IMG/VR virus record: IMGVR_UViG_3300034061_000981
Location: 32,001-96,000 of that record
From: a virus
Strand: one strand, 5' to 3'
DNA length: 64,000 nucleotides
Shown: in pieces, positions 31,755-40,527 of the stretch
Numbering within the stretch: the first letter of the stretch is position 1
Layout: each line of letters starts with the position of its first letter
Notes under the pieces: generated by a model
What the model saw: only the letters and a program-made list of their open reading frames with translations
Databases searched by the model: none
What the model was told of the DNA's origin: nothing
Program-made: the position numbers and the translations under genes

Positions 31755-33244
31755 ACTATATCGGTATAAGTGCAGGCTTCCATGATGCGGCCCTAAGCGT
31801 CATAGATAGTAACGGCAATATTGTCTTTGCTGGTCATAGTGAACGCTACAGCAAACAAAAACATGACAAACATTTGTCAATGGGTATTGTTGAGGATGCG
31901 TTAACTTATTGTAACGATGAAGTTGAGATTCACTATTACGAACGTCCAGGGATGAAGTTTTTGCGACAATTACGTTCAGGTGAAAAGCCTAAACTATCTA
32001 GTTTATCTGTTAAAGAAACAATAGGCACAGGCTTATTGCATAAACTACAAGATGGTCGTGGTGGCAAAGTGCATACACATAATCATCACTTGAGTCATGC
32101 CGCCGCCGGCTTTCAAACAAGCCCCTACGATGATGCTACTGTAGTTGTTATCGATGCTATCGGTGAGTTTGATACTATTAGTATCTGGAACGCATGGTAT
32201 GATAAGAACGGTAAGGCACAATATAAAAAGTTGTGGGGGCAAAAGTATCCAGACAGTATTGGCTTATTCTATTCAGCAATGACTGAAAGAGTAGGCTTAC
32301 GCCCACTAGATGAAGAATACATACTGATGGGTATGGCAGCTTACGGTAAATCAAATCCAGTAGATAAAATGTCTACTGAATTAATAGAATCATACAAAGA
32401 CATTACATTCAAAGACAATTTACATACAGGTGTACCAAATACTTTCTTAGAAGGTGTTGACGAAATGAGTATTGCTACTAGCGCACAATTGATTGCTGAA
32501 CAACTAATAATGAATGTTATTAGCAAAGCAAAAAGTTTAGGTGGTAGTAAAAACCTAGTATACGGTGGCGGTGTAGCATTAAATTGTTTAGCAAATAGAT
32601 TGCTAGGAGAGTATTATGACAACATTTGGATTATACCTAATCCCGGTGACGCTGGTTCTAGTCTCGGAGCAGCCTGTATCGGTTATGGTAAACGTGTTAA
32701 TTGGACTAATGCTTTCCTCGGCTATGATATTACTGGGCCTTATCCTGCTAATCGTATCATTGATTGTTTGGTTACTGATAAGATTGTGGGGGTTGCTAGT
32801 GGGAGGGCGGAATTCGGCCCGAGAGCATTAGGCAATAGAAGTTTATTAGCTGATCCAAGAGGAACAGAAATTAAGGATAAAGTAAATGAAATTAAACGTA
32901 GACAAAAGTTCAGACCTTTCGCCCCGGTCATTCTGGAGGAGTATGCTGATGATTATTTTGATATGCCTCCTGGCTTCAATAATAGTAGGTATATGCAAGT
33001 CATCGCTCGCTGTAGGCATCCTGACTTATTTCCTGCTATCGTTCACGCTGACGGGACTAGTAGGGTACAGACTGTTCCGAAAGATGGAAGTGGAATAAGA
33101 GAACTATTAGAGAAGTGGTATGTATTAACAGGTTGCCCAATGCTACTTAATACAAGTTTAAATATTCGAGGAGAGCCAATGGTAAATGACCGAAAAGATG
33201 CGGATCGCTTTGAATTAATGTATAATGTAAAAGTTATATCATAA
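31751..33244 (+). CDS. O-carbamoyltransferase (NodU/CmcH/TobZ family)
   Basis: GFHDAA, HHLSHAA, DAIGE, GGGVALNC, PGDAG, EFGPRALGNRS, K.RQ.FRPFAP, LLNTSLN.RGEP. Confidence 0.95.
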   Translation: MNYIGISAGFHDAALSVIDSNGNIVFAGHSERYSKQKHDKHLSMGIVEDALTYCNDEVEIHYYERPGMKFLRQLRSGEKPKLSSLSVKETIGTGLLHKLQDGRGGKVHTHNHHLSHAAAGFQTSPYDDATVVVIDAIGEFDTISIWNAWYDKNGKAQYKKLWGQKYPDSIGLFYSAMTERVGLRPLDEEYILMGMAAYGKSNPVDKMSTELIESYKDITFKDNLHTGVPNTFLEGVDEMSIATSAQLIAEQLIMNVISKAKSLGGSKNLVYGGGVALNCLANRLLGEYYDNIWIIPNPGDAGSSLGAACIGYGKRVNWTNAFLGYDITGPYPANRIIDCLVTDKIVGVASGRAEFGPRALGNRSLLADPRGTEIKDKVNEIKRRQKFRPFAPVILEEYADDYFDMPPGFNNSRYMQVIARCRHPDLFPAIVHADGTSRVQTVPKDGSGIRELLEKWYVLTGCPMLLNTSLNIRGEPMVNDRKDADRFELMYNVKVIS

Positions 33245-33254
33245 GTAAGAGTCT

Positions 33255-36200
33255 ATGCTAAGAGATGTATTTTATTACGGTAAAAAGCCCAACGTTCACC
33301 CAAGAGAAAAATTTGCAACTTCATTAGAAGATGCAAGACAGCAATCAACTACAGAACATTTTTGGATAATCAATGAATACTGTGATTATCGCAATTTTGA
33401 TTGGGACTTTGATTTTGATTTTTTACCTGACGAAGATGTATGGGCAGAAGCACATATTAACGTGTGGCCTAGCCAACATCAAAAAGATAGTGGCACCTGG
33501 CTAGTTAATACTGATAACACATCATCACTAATAATCTATCGTGCAGATGTTGACGTTGTTAACCGTAAGAAAATTAAAACAGATGAATGGGTTGAGTTAG
33601 ATTCAATTGACAACTCTAAGTTTGATTTTAGTTGGCATCCTGATCCGACAGATCCTCCTTATATCTATAAATGGGGTAATAAATTCGCACCTGTACGATT
33701 TAAACCATGCTTAGAATATCATACACCGGGCGCTACTCAAATTAAGTATATGGATCAGATTGCTGAATTGTTGCCCAACGACTGTTGGGTTGAAGTTCAA
33801 CAAATAGATAAAGATAAATTTGACATGTCATGGAGACCTGATCCAATGGAACCTCCTATGATATATATATGGGGTAATAAGTATGTACCTGCAAAAACAG
33901 CATCTACATTAGAGTATCATGTTCCCGGTGCAACGGAAAAGAAATTCATGCCGGAAAAGCTAACATTAGTAGCTAACATGAATAATTGGGATCTATTAGA
34001 AAACGTTGATAAAAATAATTTTGACTTTGCTTGGATACCTGATCCAACTAGTCCTCCATATATCTATGTATGGGGTAATCAATGGAATAAGCCAGAAGAT
34101 AAAATCTCTATTCAATATGTAGTAGAGGGCGCAACCGAATACAAATACATGGAAGCACGTACTACACGCAAGCCATGCATGGACAACTGGATAGTACCTG
34201 CTAATGTTGATGTAAGTAATTTTGATTTTAGTTGGGAACCTAGTCCAGCTGACCCTGCGTTTATCTACCAGTTTGGTACGCAATGGCAAAAGACTAATGG
34301 CCCTCGTTATATAGTAGAAGATGCAACAGAAGTTAAGTTTGTATCAACAATGTCTGCTAAAGCGTTACCTACAAAAGATAATTGGACATTACCTAGTAAT
34401 ATTGATATTGCTGATTTTGACTTCAGTTGGCACCCAGATGATACTAGCCCTCCATACATTTATGTATTTCCTACACAGTGGGCATTAAGCGGTGGACCAA
34501 TATATACAGTTGACGGCGCCACAGAAATTAAGTATGTAGAAGACATGGTTGCTAAAGCAATCCCCGATAAAACTAACTGGGAAGTCCCTACATACATTGA
34601 TAGTGAATCATTTGATTTCTCATGGCATCCATATGCACAAGATGAACCATACATTTATCAATTTGGTACACAATGGCAAAAGACAGGTGGTCCGGTATAT
34701 AATACACCTGGTGTTCATAAGAATAGTGCAATCAAATATATTGATACACGTATTATAAAGTCAAAACGTTTACCTTCTAAAAGGGGATTTGCTACGCTAG
34801 GTAACTTACAAATCAAAGATTTTGATTACTCATGGCATCCAGATACAACTGACGAGCCATACATCTATGTGTTCGGCAACAACTTCTACTCAGGTGAGTT
34901 CATGCCTACAATTGAATACGTTGTACCGGGTGCAAAACAAATTAAGTATGTACATGACATTGTTGCTACGCTAGCAGTTGATATGACAAACTGGGAAGTA
35001 CCGGAGAACGTTGATGTTACAGGAATTGATTTCAGTTGGAAACCTAATCCCAAAGATCCTCCATTCATCTATCAGTTTGGTACACAACATCAAAAAACAG
35101 GTGGGCCTAGATATGTTGTGCCAAGCGCAACAGAAGTCAAGTACGTTGAAGAACCTAAAGCAAAGGCGTTTGCCTCAAAAGATAACTGGGAAGTTCCTAC
35201 TAATATTGATGTAGCTGAATTTGATTTCTCTTGGCACCCGGATTATAGCGAACCACCATACATATATGTGTTTGGAACACAGTGGGCGTTAACTGGTGGA
35301 CCTAAGTATATTGTACCTGGCGCAACAGAAGTCAAGTACATTGATACTATTGTTGCAAAGGCTGCCCCCAACAGAACGCACTGGTCAGTACCTGATGATA
35401 TTGATTCTACTACGTTTGACTTCTCATGGCACCCATATGCCGAAGATGAACCTTATATCTATCAATTCGGTACTCAGTGGCAGAAAACAGGCGGTCCGAT
35501 ATACATGCCACCTGAAGCTGACGCAACCTGCTTTACAAAATATATTGACACACGTATTCTTAAAGCAACTAAGTTGCCTCATAAGAAATATTGGTCAGTC
35601 GCTGAGGGTGTTAAAGTAGCAGAGTTTGATTACTCATGGCACCATGATGAGACAGAAGAACCATATATCTATGTGTTCGGTAATAATCTCTATTCAGGTG
35701 AGATTATGCCTACTGTAATTTATACTGTTCCGAGCGCAACAAAAACAAAATACATTTCTACTGTTCTTGCTAAGTTAGCTAACAATATGGACAACTGGGA
35801 TGTACCCTCTAATTTAGATACAAGTGACTTTGACTTTAGCTGGGTACCTAATCCCAAAGAACCTGCATACATATATCAGTTCGGCACACAACATCAACGT
35901 ACAGGTGGACCTCGTTACATAGTCCCGGGCGCCACTGAAGTTAAGTATATTGATGTTAAAGCTAAACGATTGCATACTAGAGACAACTGGATCGTCCCTG
36001 ATAACATTGATGAATCAAGTATTGATTTCAGTTGGCATCCAGACGATACAGAATCTCCATACATATATCATTTTGGAACACAATGGAATAATAGGGGAGG
36101 CCCGGAGTATCATGTTCAGGGAGCTACTGAATTAAAATATTCATCTAACATTGTCGGTAAAACTAAAAAGTCTAAGCAAGGTTGGAAATCATTAATTCAG

Positions 36201-38945
36201 ATTGAAGAAGATAAGTTTGACTACAGTTGGGTACCTCATCCGTACGATCCACCTTACATTTATGTATTTGGCAATCAGTGGAACGTTGCTGAGTTAGAAC
36301 CTACTGTTGAATATGTTGTTGAAGGTGCTACTGAAAAGAAATATATACATGATATTGTAGCAACTGTTGCTCAACGTAAACATGATTGGAACATACTTGA
36401 AGATGTTGAGAGTTTCGATTATTCATGGAGACCTAATCCAACTGATCCAGCATATACTTACGTGTTTGGTAATAAACAATATCCCGGCAACATCATGCCT
36501 ACTGTCACCTTGACTATCGAAGGTGCAACACAAGAAAAATTTGTTGATGATATTGTTGCTACCTTGGCACAAGATATTAGTAAGTTTACTAACACAAAAT
36601 TAATTAAAGAGTTTGATTATTCATGGAGACCGAATCCTAAGGATCCCCCGTATATATACCAGTTTGGTACACAATGGGCAAAGACACATGGTCCACAATA
36701 TATCATTGAAGGTGCAACAGAAACAAAATATGTTGAAAGTGTAAAAGCAGTTATTGCACCAAACATGACTCATTGGGAAGTTCCTTCTGGTGTCAATGTG
36801 AGCAAATTTGATTTCTCTTGGCATCCAGATGCTAACAGCCCACCCTACATCTATCAGTTTGGTACTATCAGTGATCCTAGCGATGGTCCTAGATATGTTG
36901 TTCCCGGAGCAACAGAAGTTGTTAACATGGAAAGAATTGAAATTGTAGGAAACGTATTTGTTGATTATCCTAAATACTTTATTGAGACAACACTAGAGGC
37001 ATTGATTGAGCAACATAAAGGTGAAGTATTCTGGGCATTGAATAATGAGATTGATTACACTAACTTTGATTTCAACTGGAGACCTGATATTCAACAGGCT
37101 CATTATGTACACGCATTTGGTTCAAGTGAGAGTGAAACAACACAAACTTACTTTATCAATAGTAACATGTGGGTGAACGGATACAGAGAACTAAATTGGG
37201 TCAAAGATGAAAAACTTGACGACCAAACACTTGCTAAGTTGTTTAAGAAACCAGATATGTTCTTTGTTGATAAGGGTAATAGTGAAGCACAAGACCGTTT
37301 TGATAAACTAAAACAACGATTCCCTACTATACAAAAAACAAGATATTTAAATACGTGGGTTGATACTATCAACCGTTGTATTAATCGTGCAACTACTAAC
37401 TTGTGCTGGATATTAAATTCAGAATTAAATTACGATCACTTTGACTTTGAATATTATCCTAATCCTTGGCAGATGAAAATGGTTCATGTGTTCGGGACTC
37501 AGTGGAGTCACTGGGGTACAACGTTCATGGTTAACCGCGAAACGTTTACTACTGATACCAAGTATGTCAAAATCATTGAACATTTGAATAATATTAACTT
37601 TGTCAAAGATCGTACAGCTATAGCAACAAATATATTATATGACACAGTTTACATTGACCATGGAAACAAACCAGTTCCAATGAACACATTGGTCATTGAA
37701 TATGATGAAAGTTATCTCAAAACGTTTAAAAAGTTACTAGAAAAGTTACCTAATAAAAAAGAACATTTTGTTTGGGTTATTAGTTCTATATGTGATTACA
37801 ATGGTTTTGACTTTACATACATTTGTGATCCATTTGCACGTGACCAACTACATGTATTCCCTAGCGACAAACAAAAGTTTGGTGATACATTCTTAGTTAA
37901 TGTGAACAAACTACGTGAGTTAATTGATAATGTTGAAGAATTAAAAGATATTAAGGTTAACTACAATCAACACATGCGAGTAAAACGTTTACCCGCGCCA
38001 ACTATTATTACAGAAGGTGATACACATGTCTCTGCTATTCATATTGATTTTGATTTCCCTTATGCTACGTTTCAAACGATTGACAACCAAGAAATAAAAG
38101 TTGTTGATGTTGAGCCAATGAATCTTTGGAGTAAAGAAACAAAAACTATTCAAATTACTAGTGTCGGTGGAACAAGAATTGTTGTTCCTAAAGAAACAAG
38201 AGATCATGTAAAGCGTGAATTGTATGATTATCCATACATTCAAACTAACAAAACATTAGCCAAGTCTACTCCAATGGACATTGTATTCTTAAGCAATGGC
38301 GAGACTGGTGCAGACGAAAACTATGAACACTTAATAAGGACAACACAGGGGTTATCTAATCGTGTTGTGCGTGTTGATGGGGTTAATGGTCGTGTGCAAG
38401 CATATCATGCCGCGGCAGAAGCAAGCAACACACCTTGGATGTTTACTGTATTTGCTAAGTTAAAAGTTAGTAATAAGTTTGATTGGAACTGGCAACCAGA
38501 TAGATTACAGATACCAAAACATTATGTATTCCATGCAAAGAATCCAGTTAACGGTTTAATATATGGTCACCAAGCTATGATTGCGTATAATAAGAAACTA
38601 ACACTTGCTAACAAAGGTAAGGGTCTTGACTTTACAATGGATGATGAGCATGAGGTTGTAGAAATTGTTTCGGGTACAGCTAATTTCAATACTGATGAAT
38701 GGAGTACATGGCGTACTAGTTTCCGTGAAGCACTAAAGTTACGTGCCAATAATGATGAGATTAGTAAGAATCGCTTAGAGTTTTGGTTGACAGTTGGGTC
38801 AGGCAAGTTTTCCCAATACAGTATAGATGGTGCGGCTGATGCGGTAGACTACTATGAATCAGTCAATGGTGATTTTGAGAAGTTAAAGTTGTCATATGAT
38901 TGGCCGTGGTTAAACCAAATGTTCAATAAAAAATATAAGAAATGA
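33255..38945 (+). CDS. 1896-aa repeat protein with C-terminal degenerate GT-A-like domains
   Basis: About 17 tandem repeats of about 66 aa; C-terminal domain homologous to 4980..5933. Confidence 0.8.
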   Translation: MLRDVFYYGKKPNVHPREKFATSLEDARQQSTTEHFWIINEYCDYRNFDWDFDFDFLPDEDVWAEAHINVWPSQHQKDSGTWLVNTDNTSSLIIYRADVDVVNRKKIKTDEWVELDSIDNSKFDFSWHPDPTDPPYIYKWGNKFAPVRFKPCLEYHTPGATQIKYMDQIAELLPNDCWVEVQQIDKDKFDMSWRPDPMEPPMIYIWGNKYVPAKTASTLEYHVPGATEKKFMPEKLTLVANMNNWDLLENVDKNNFDFAWIPDPTSPPYIYVWGNQWNKPEDKISIQYVVEGATEYKYMEARTTRKPCMDNWIVPANVDVSNFDFSWEPSPADPAFIYQFGTQWQKTNGPRYIVEDATEVKFVSTMSAKALPTKDNWTLPSNIDIADFDFSWHPDDTSPPYIYVFPTQWALSGGPIYTVDGATEIKYVEDMVAKAIPDKTNWEVPTYIDSESFDFSWHPYAQDEPYIYQFGTQWQKTGGPVYNTPGVHKNSAIKYIDTRIIKSKRLPSKRGFATLGNLQIKDFDYSWHPDTTDEPYIYVFGNNFYSGEFMPTIEYVVPGAKQIKYVHDIVATLAVDMTNWEVPENVDVTGIDFSWKPNPKDPPFIYQFGTQHQKTGGPRYVVPSATEVKYVEEPKAKAFASKDNWEVPTNIDVAEFDFSWHPDYSEPPYIYVFGTQWALTGGPKYIVPGATEVKYIDTIVAKAAPNRTHWSVPDDIDSTTFDFSWHPYAEDEPYIYQFGTQWQKTGGPIYMPPEADATCFTKYIDTRILKATKLPHKKYWSVAEGVKVAEFDYSWHHDETEEPYIYVFGNNLYSGEIMPTVIYTVPSATKTKYISTVLAKLANNMDNWDVPSNLDTSDFDFSWVPNPKEPAYIYQFGTQHQRTGGPRYIVPGATEVKYIDVKAKRLHTRDNWIVPDNIDESSIDFSWHPDDTESPYIYHFGTQWNNRGGPEYHVQGATELKYSSNIVGKTKKSKQGWKSLIQIEEDKFDYSWVPHPYDPPYIYVFGNQWNVAELEPTVEYVVEGATEKKYIHDIVATVAQRKHDWNILEDVESFDYSWRPNPTDPAYTYVFGNKQYPGNIMPTVTLTIEGATQEKFVDDIVATLAQDISKFTNTKLIKEFDYSWRPNPKDPPYIYQFGTQWAKTHGPQYIIEGATETKYVESVKAVIAPNMTHWEVPSGVNVSKFDFSWHPDANSPPYIYQFGTISDPSDGPRYVVPGATEVVNMERIEIVGNVFVDYPKYFIETTLEALIEQHKGEVFWALNNEIDYTNFDFNWRPDIQQAHYVHAFGSSESETTQTYFINSNMWVNGYRELNWVKDEKLDDQTLAKLFKKPDMFFVDKGNSEAQDRFDKLKQRFPTIQKTRYLNTWVDTINRCINRATTNLCWILNSELNYDHFDFEYYPNPWQMKMVHVFGTQWSHWGTTFMVNRETFTTDTKYVKIIEHLNNINFVKDRTAIATNILYDTVYIDHGNKPVPMNTLVIEYDESYLKTFKKLLEKLPNKKEHFVWVISSICDYNGFDFTYICDPFARDQLHVFPSDKQKFGDTFLVNVNKLRELIDNVEELKDIKVNYNQHMRVKRLPAPTIITEGDTHVSAIHIDFDFPYATFQTIDNQEIKVVDVEPMNLWSKETKTIQITSVGGTRIVVPKETRDHVKRELYDYPYIQTNKTLAKSTPMDIVFLSNGETGADENYEHLIRTTQGLSNRVVRVDGVNGRVQAYHAAAEASNTPWMFTVFAKLKVSNKFDWNWQPDRLQIPKHYVFHAKNPVNGLIYGHQAMIAYNKKLTLANKGKGLDFTMDDEHEVVEIVSGTANFNTDEWSTWRTSFREALKLRANNDEISKNRLEFWLTVGSGKFSQYSIDGAADAVDYYESVNGDFEKLKLSYDWPWLNQMFNKKYKK
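33588..36920 (+). repeat. Coding tandem repeat array, unit W..P..D...FDFSW.P....PYIY.FG.QW...GGP.Y...GATE.KY
   Basis: 17 units counted by eye; units 5-8 and 9-12 form a duplicated block of about 800 nt. Confidence 0.9.
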
Positions 38946-39967
38946 ATTACGCATGTATTAATCAATGGAACAGGCCATCATGGTCTAGTTTCAAAGAAAA
39001 AGTAATGAACGGTAACTACGAGAAGGTCATCTTGTTTGGTCAAAATGAGTGGGCATGGTTCTATCAGGGACCTGAGTTTTATGAACTAGTGGATTATTGT
39101 AAAGAAAAAAACATACATTTTGAGATTGTGACTGGCGCCAATGAAAAAAACTATCCATTTCAAATGGATCACGTTAAAATTAATTGGTGGGATACACATT
39201 GGATAGGTAAAACATATCAGGACTTGATATGCAATAATAAACCTACTGGATTGCCTCTTAGAGTCATTGATCCGTATAAAGATATTCAGTATGATCATCA
39301 TTTTATATCAATGAACAATAGACTACATAAACATAGATGTTTGTTCCTTGACTATATGGCTAAGCACGATTTGATGAAATATGGTGCAGTGTCAATTCAC
39401 TATGGTGAACATTCTGTAAATTATAAATGGCAATATCTTGACTATAAACCCATGTATCTATCAGATGGGGTAGAATTTAATCAGTATAAATTACCTGACC
39501 AATATTTTAATTCATTTGCACAATTAATTAGTGAAAGTACAAACAAGGCTTTGTTTTTAACCGAAAAAACTGCAACTCCTTTGATAATAGGCAAACCATT
39601 TTTGGTTGCTAGCCAAATGAACTTTCATAAGATGTTACGTGAAATGGGGTTTCAGTTATATGATGAAATCTTTGATTACGAATTTGACAGTGAACCAGCT
39701 GTAAATAAACGTTATGATATGATAATGCAAAACTTTGTTAGATTATGTAATATACCACTTAGCGAATTAAAATATTTACAACAACAGTTGGCACCGAAGA
39801 TTATGCATAATAGAAACAGAGCTAAAGAGATTGCATATGATTTGAATCTCTACCCAAAAATTGTATTGGAAGTCATTGACCACTACAAAAAAACAGGAAT
39901 CAATTTGGACAATAATACGGTGTATTTTCACTTGAATTTAGAAAGACACCGAGATTTAAAGTTCTGA
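38942..39967 (+). CDS. Putative glycosyltransferase (GT10-like family), paralog 8
   Basis: FISMNNR.HKHR..LISEST..FLTEKTATP..GKPF..YDEIFDYEFD. Confidence 0.55.
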   Translation: MNYACINQWNRPSWSSFKEKVMNGNYEKVILFGQNEWAWFYQGPEFYELVDYCKEKNIHFEIVTGANEKNYPFQMDHVKINWWDTHWIGKTYQDLICNNKPTGLPLRVIDPYKDIQYDHHFISMNNRLHKHRCLFLDYMAKHDLMKYGAVSIHYGEHSVNYKWQYLDYKPMYLSDGVEFNQYKLPDQYFNSFAQLISESTNKALFLTEKTATPLIIGKPFLVASQMNFHKMLREMGFQLYDEIFDYEFDSEPAVNKRYDMIMQNFVRLCNIPLSELKYLQQQLAPKIMHNRNRAKEIAYDLNLYPKIVLEVIDHYKKTGINLDNNTVYFHLNLERHRDLKF

Positions 39968-39973
39968 ACAGGC

Positions 39974-40002
39974 TTGACATAAATACAGAAAGATAATATA
40001 AT
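39974..40002 (+). promoter_or_regulatory. Consensus sigma70 promoter for the tmRNA locus
   Basis: TTGACA-17 bp-TATAAT. Confidence 0.9.
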
Positions 40003-40008
40003 TAGTTA

Positions 40009-40380
40009 TATTAATATTGCTGTATGAAGCAAAGAGAAAAGTGTCTTGGACGGGGGTGCGAATCCCCCCAGGTCCACCAATAAGGATGATTATGAACGTT
40101 GCACAAACATTAAAAGTTACAGGCTATCTAGTAGGTGCGTACATTGCTTACAAGTTAGGTCTTGAAGTGTGGTGTGTTGTTTATGGACTACTTTATTGAT
40201 GGGCCTGACCTAGATTCGACAGGGCAACAAGTAAATTAGTGGACAGCTCGGCAAAGCAGAAGCCGTTAGGGTTGGGGGAACTCGGCCAAAGAAGCAAAAA
40301 CCATAAACGCAAACGATAGCGTATATTCCTTGGCCGCTTGAGGTTAAGGTGCAGTAGGACTTACTGTATTAAATAAAAAA
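40009..40380 (+). ncRNA. ssrA: Circularly permuted (two-piece) tmRNA gene: acceptor piece ends 40079, coding piece starts 40201, tag ANDSVYSLAA at 40309..40341
   Basis: GGGCCTG (40201-07) pairs with CAGGTCC (40069-75) including the G3-U alanine determinant, then A-CCA; T-arm GGGGG-TGCGAAT-CCCCC; GATTCGAC after the 5' end; ATAAAC-GCA resume context; outer ends approximate. Confidence 0.92.
40092..40199 (+). CDS. 35-aa hydrophobic peptide encoded inside the tmRNA intervening segment
   Basis: SD TAAGGA at 40081-86; MNVAQTLKVTGYLVGAYIAYKLGLEVWCVVYGLLY; stop ends 1 nt before the tmRNA 5' G. Confidence 0.6.
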   Translation: MNVAQTLKVTGYLVGAYIAYKLGLEVWCVVYGLLY

Positions 40381-40384
40381 CCAC

Positions 40385-40410
40385 AATAGGAGCTTCGGCT
40401 CCTATTTGTT
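40385..40410 (+). terminator. Intrinsic terminator after tmRNA
   Basis: AATAGGAGC-TTCG-GCTCCTATT followed by TGTTT. Confidence 0.85.
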
Positions 40411-40527
40411 TGGGTATTCCCAAGTCCATGAACCATCGGGTAATACTTTTTTCCTTCTACCAGTAACAGTAGATGACAACTTACTTGCTCCTTTTTTACC
40501 AAATACTCTTACTTTTTGTGTAAACAA
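40402..40527 (-). pseudogene. Possible C-terminal remnant of a basic protein (homing-endonuclease-like tail)
   Basis: Minus frame reads LFTQKVRVFGKKGASKLSSTVTGRRKKVLPDGSWTWEYPNK*, no ATG, in-frame stop shortly upstream. Confidence 0.3.

Noticed and set aside
27594-33244. Saxitoxin or true aminoglycoside antibiotic cluster
   Set aside because: Only tailoring families are shared; no SxtA-like enzyme, cyclitol synthase, exporter or resistance gene was seen
33588-36920. CRISPR array or diversity-generating retroelement repeats
   Set aside because: The repeats are in-frame and conserved at protein level with synonymous divergence; no spacers, cas genes or reverse transcriptase
40047-40079. tRNA or attachment-site fragment ending CCA
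   Set aside because: No D arm or anticodon arm upstream; it pairs exactly with 40201-07 as a permuted tmRNA; no integrase in the window
40017-40199. 60-aa ORF from the ORF track
   Set aside because: Its TTG start and first 25 codons run through the tmRNA acceptor piece; the SD-supported start is 40092
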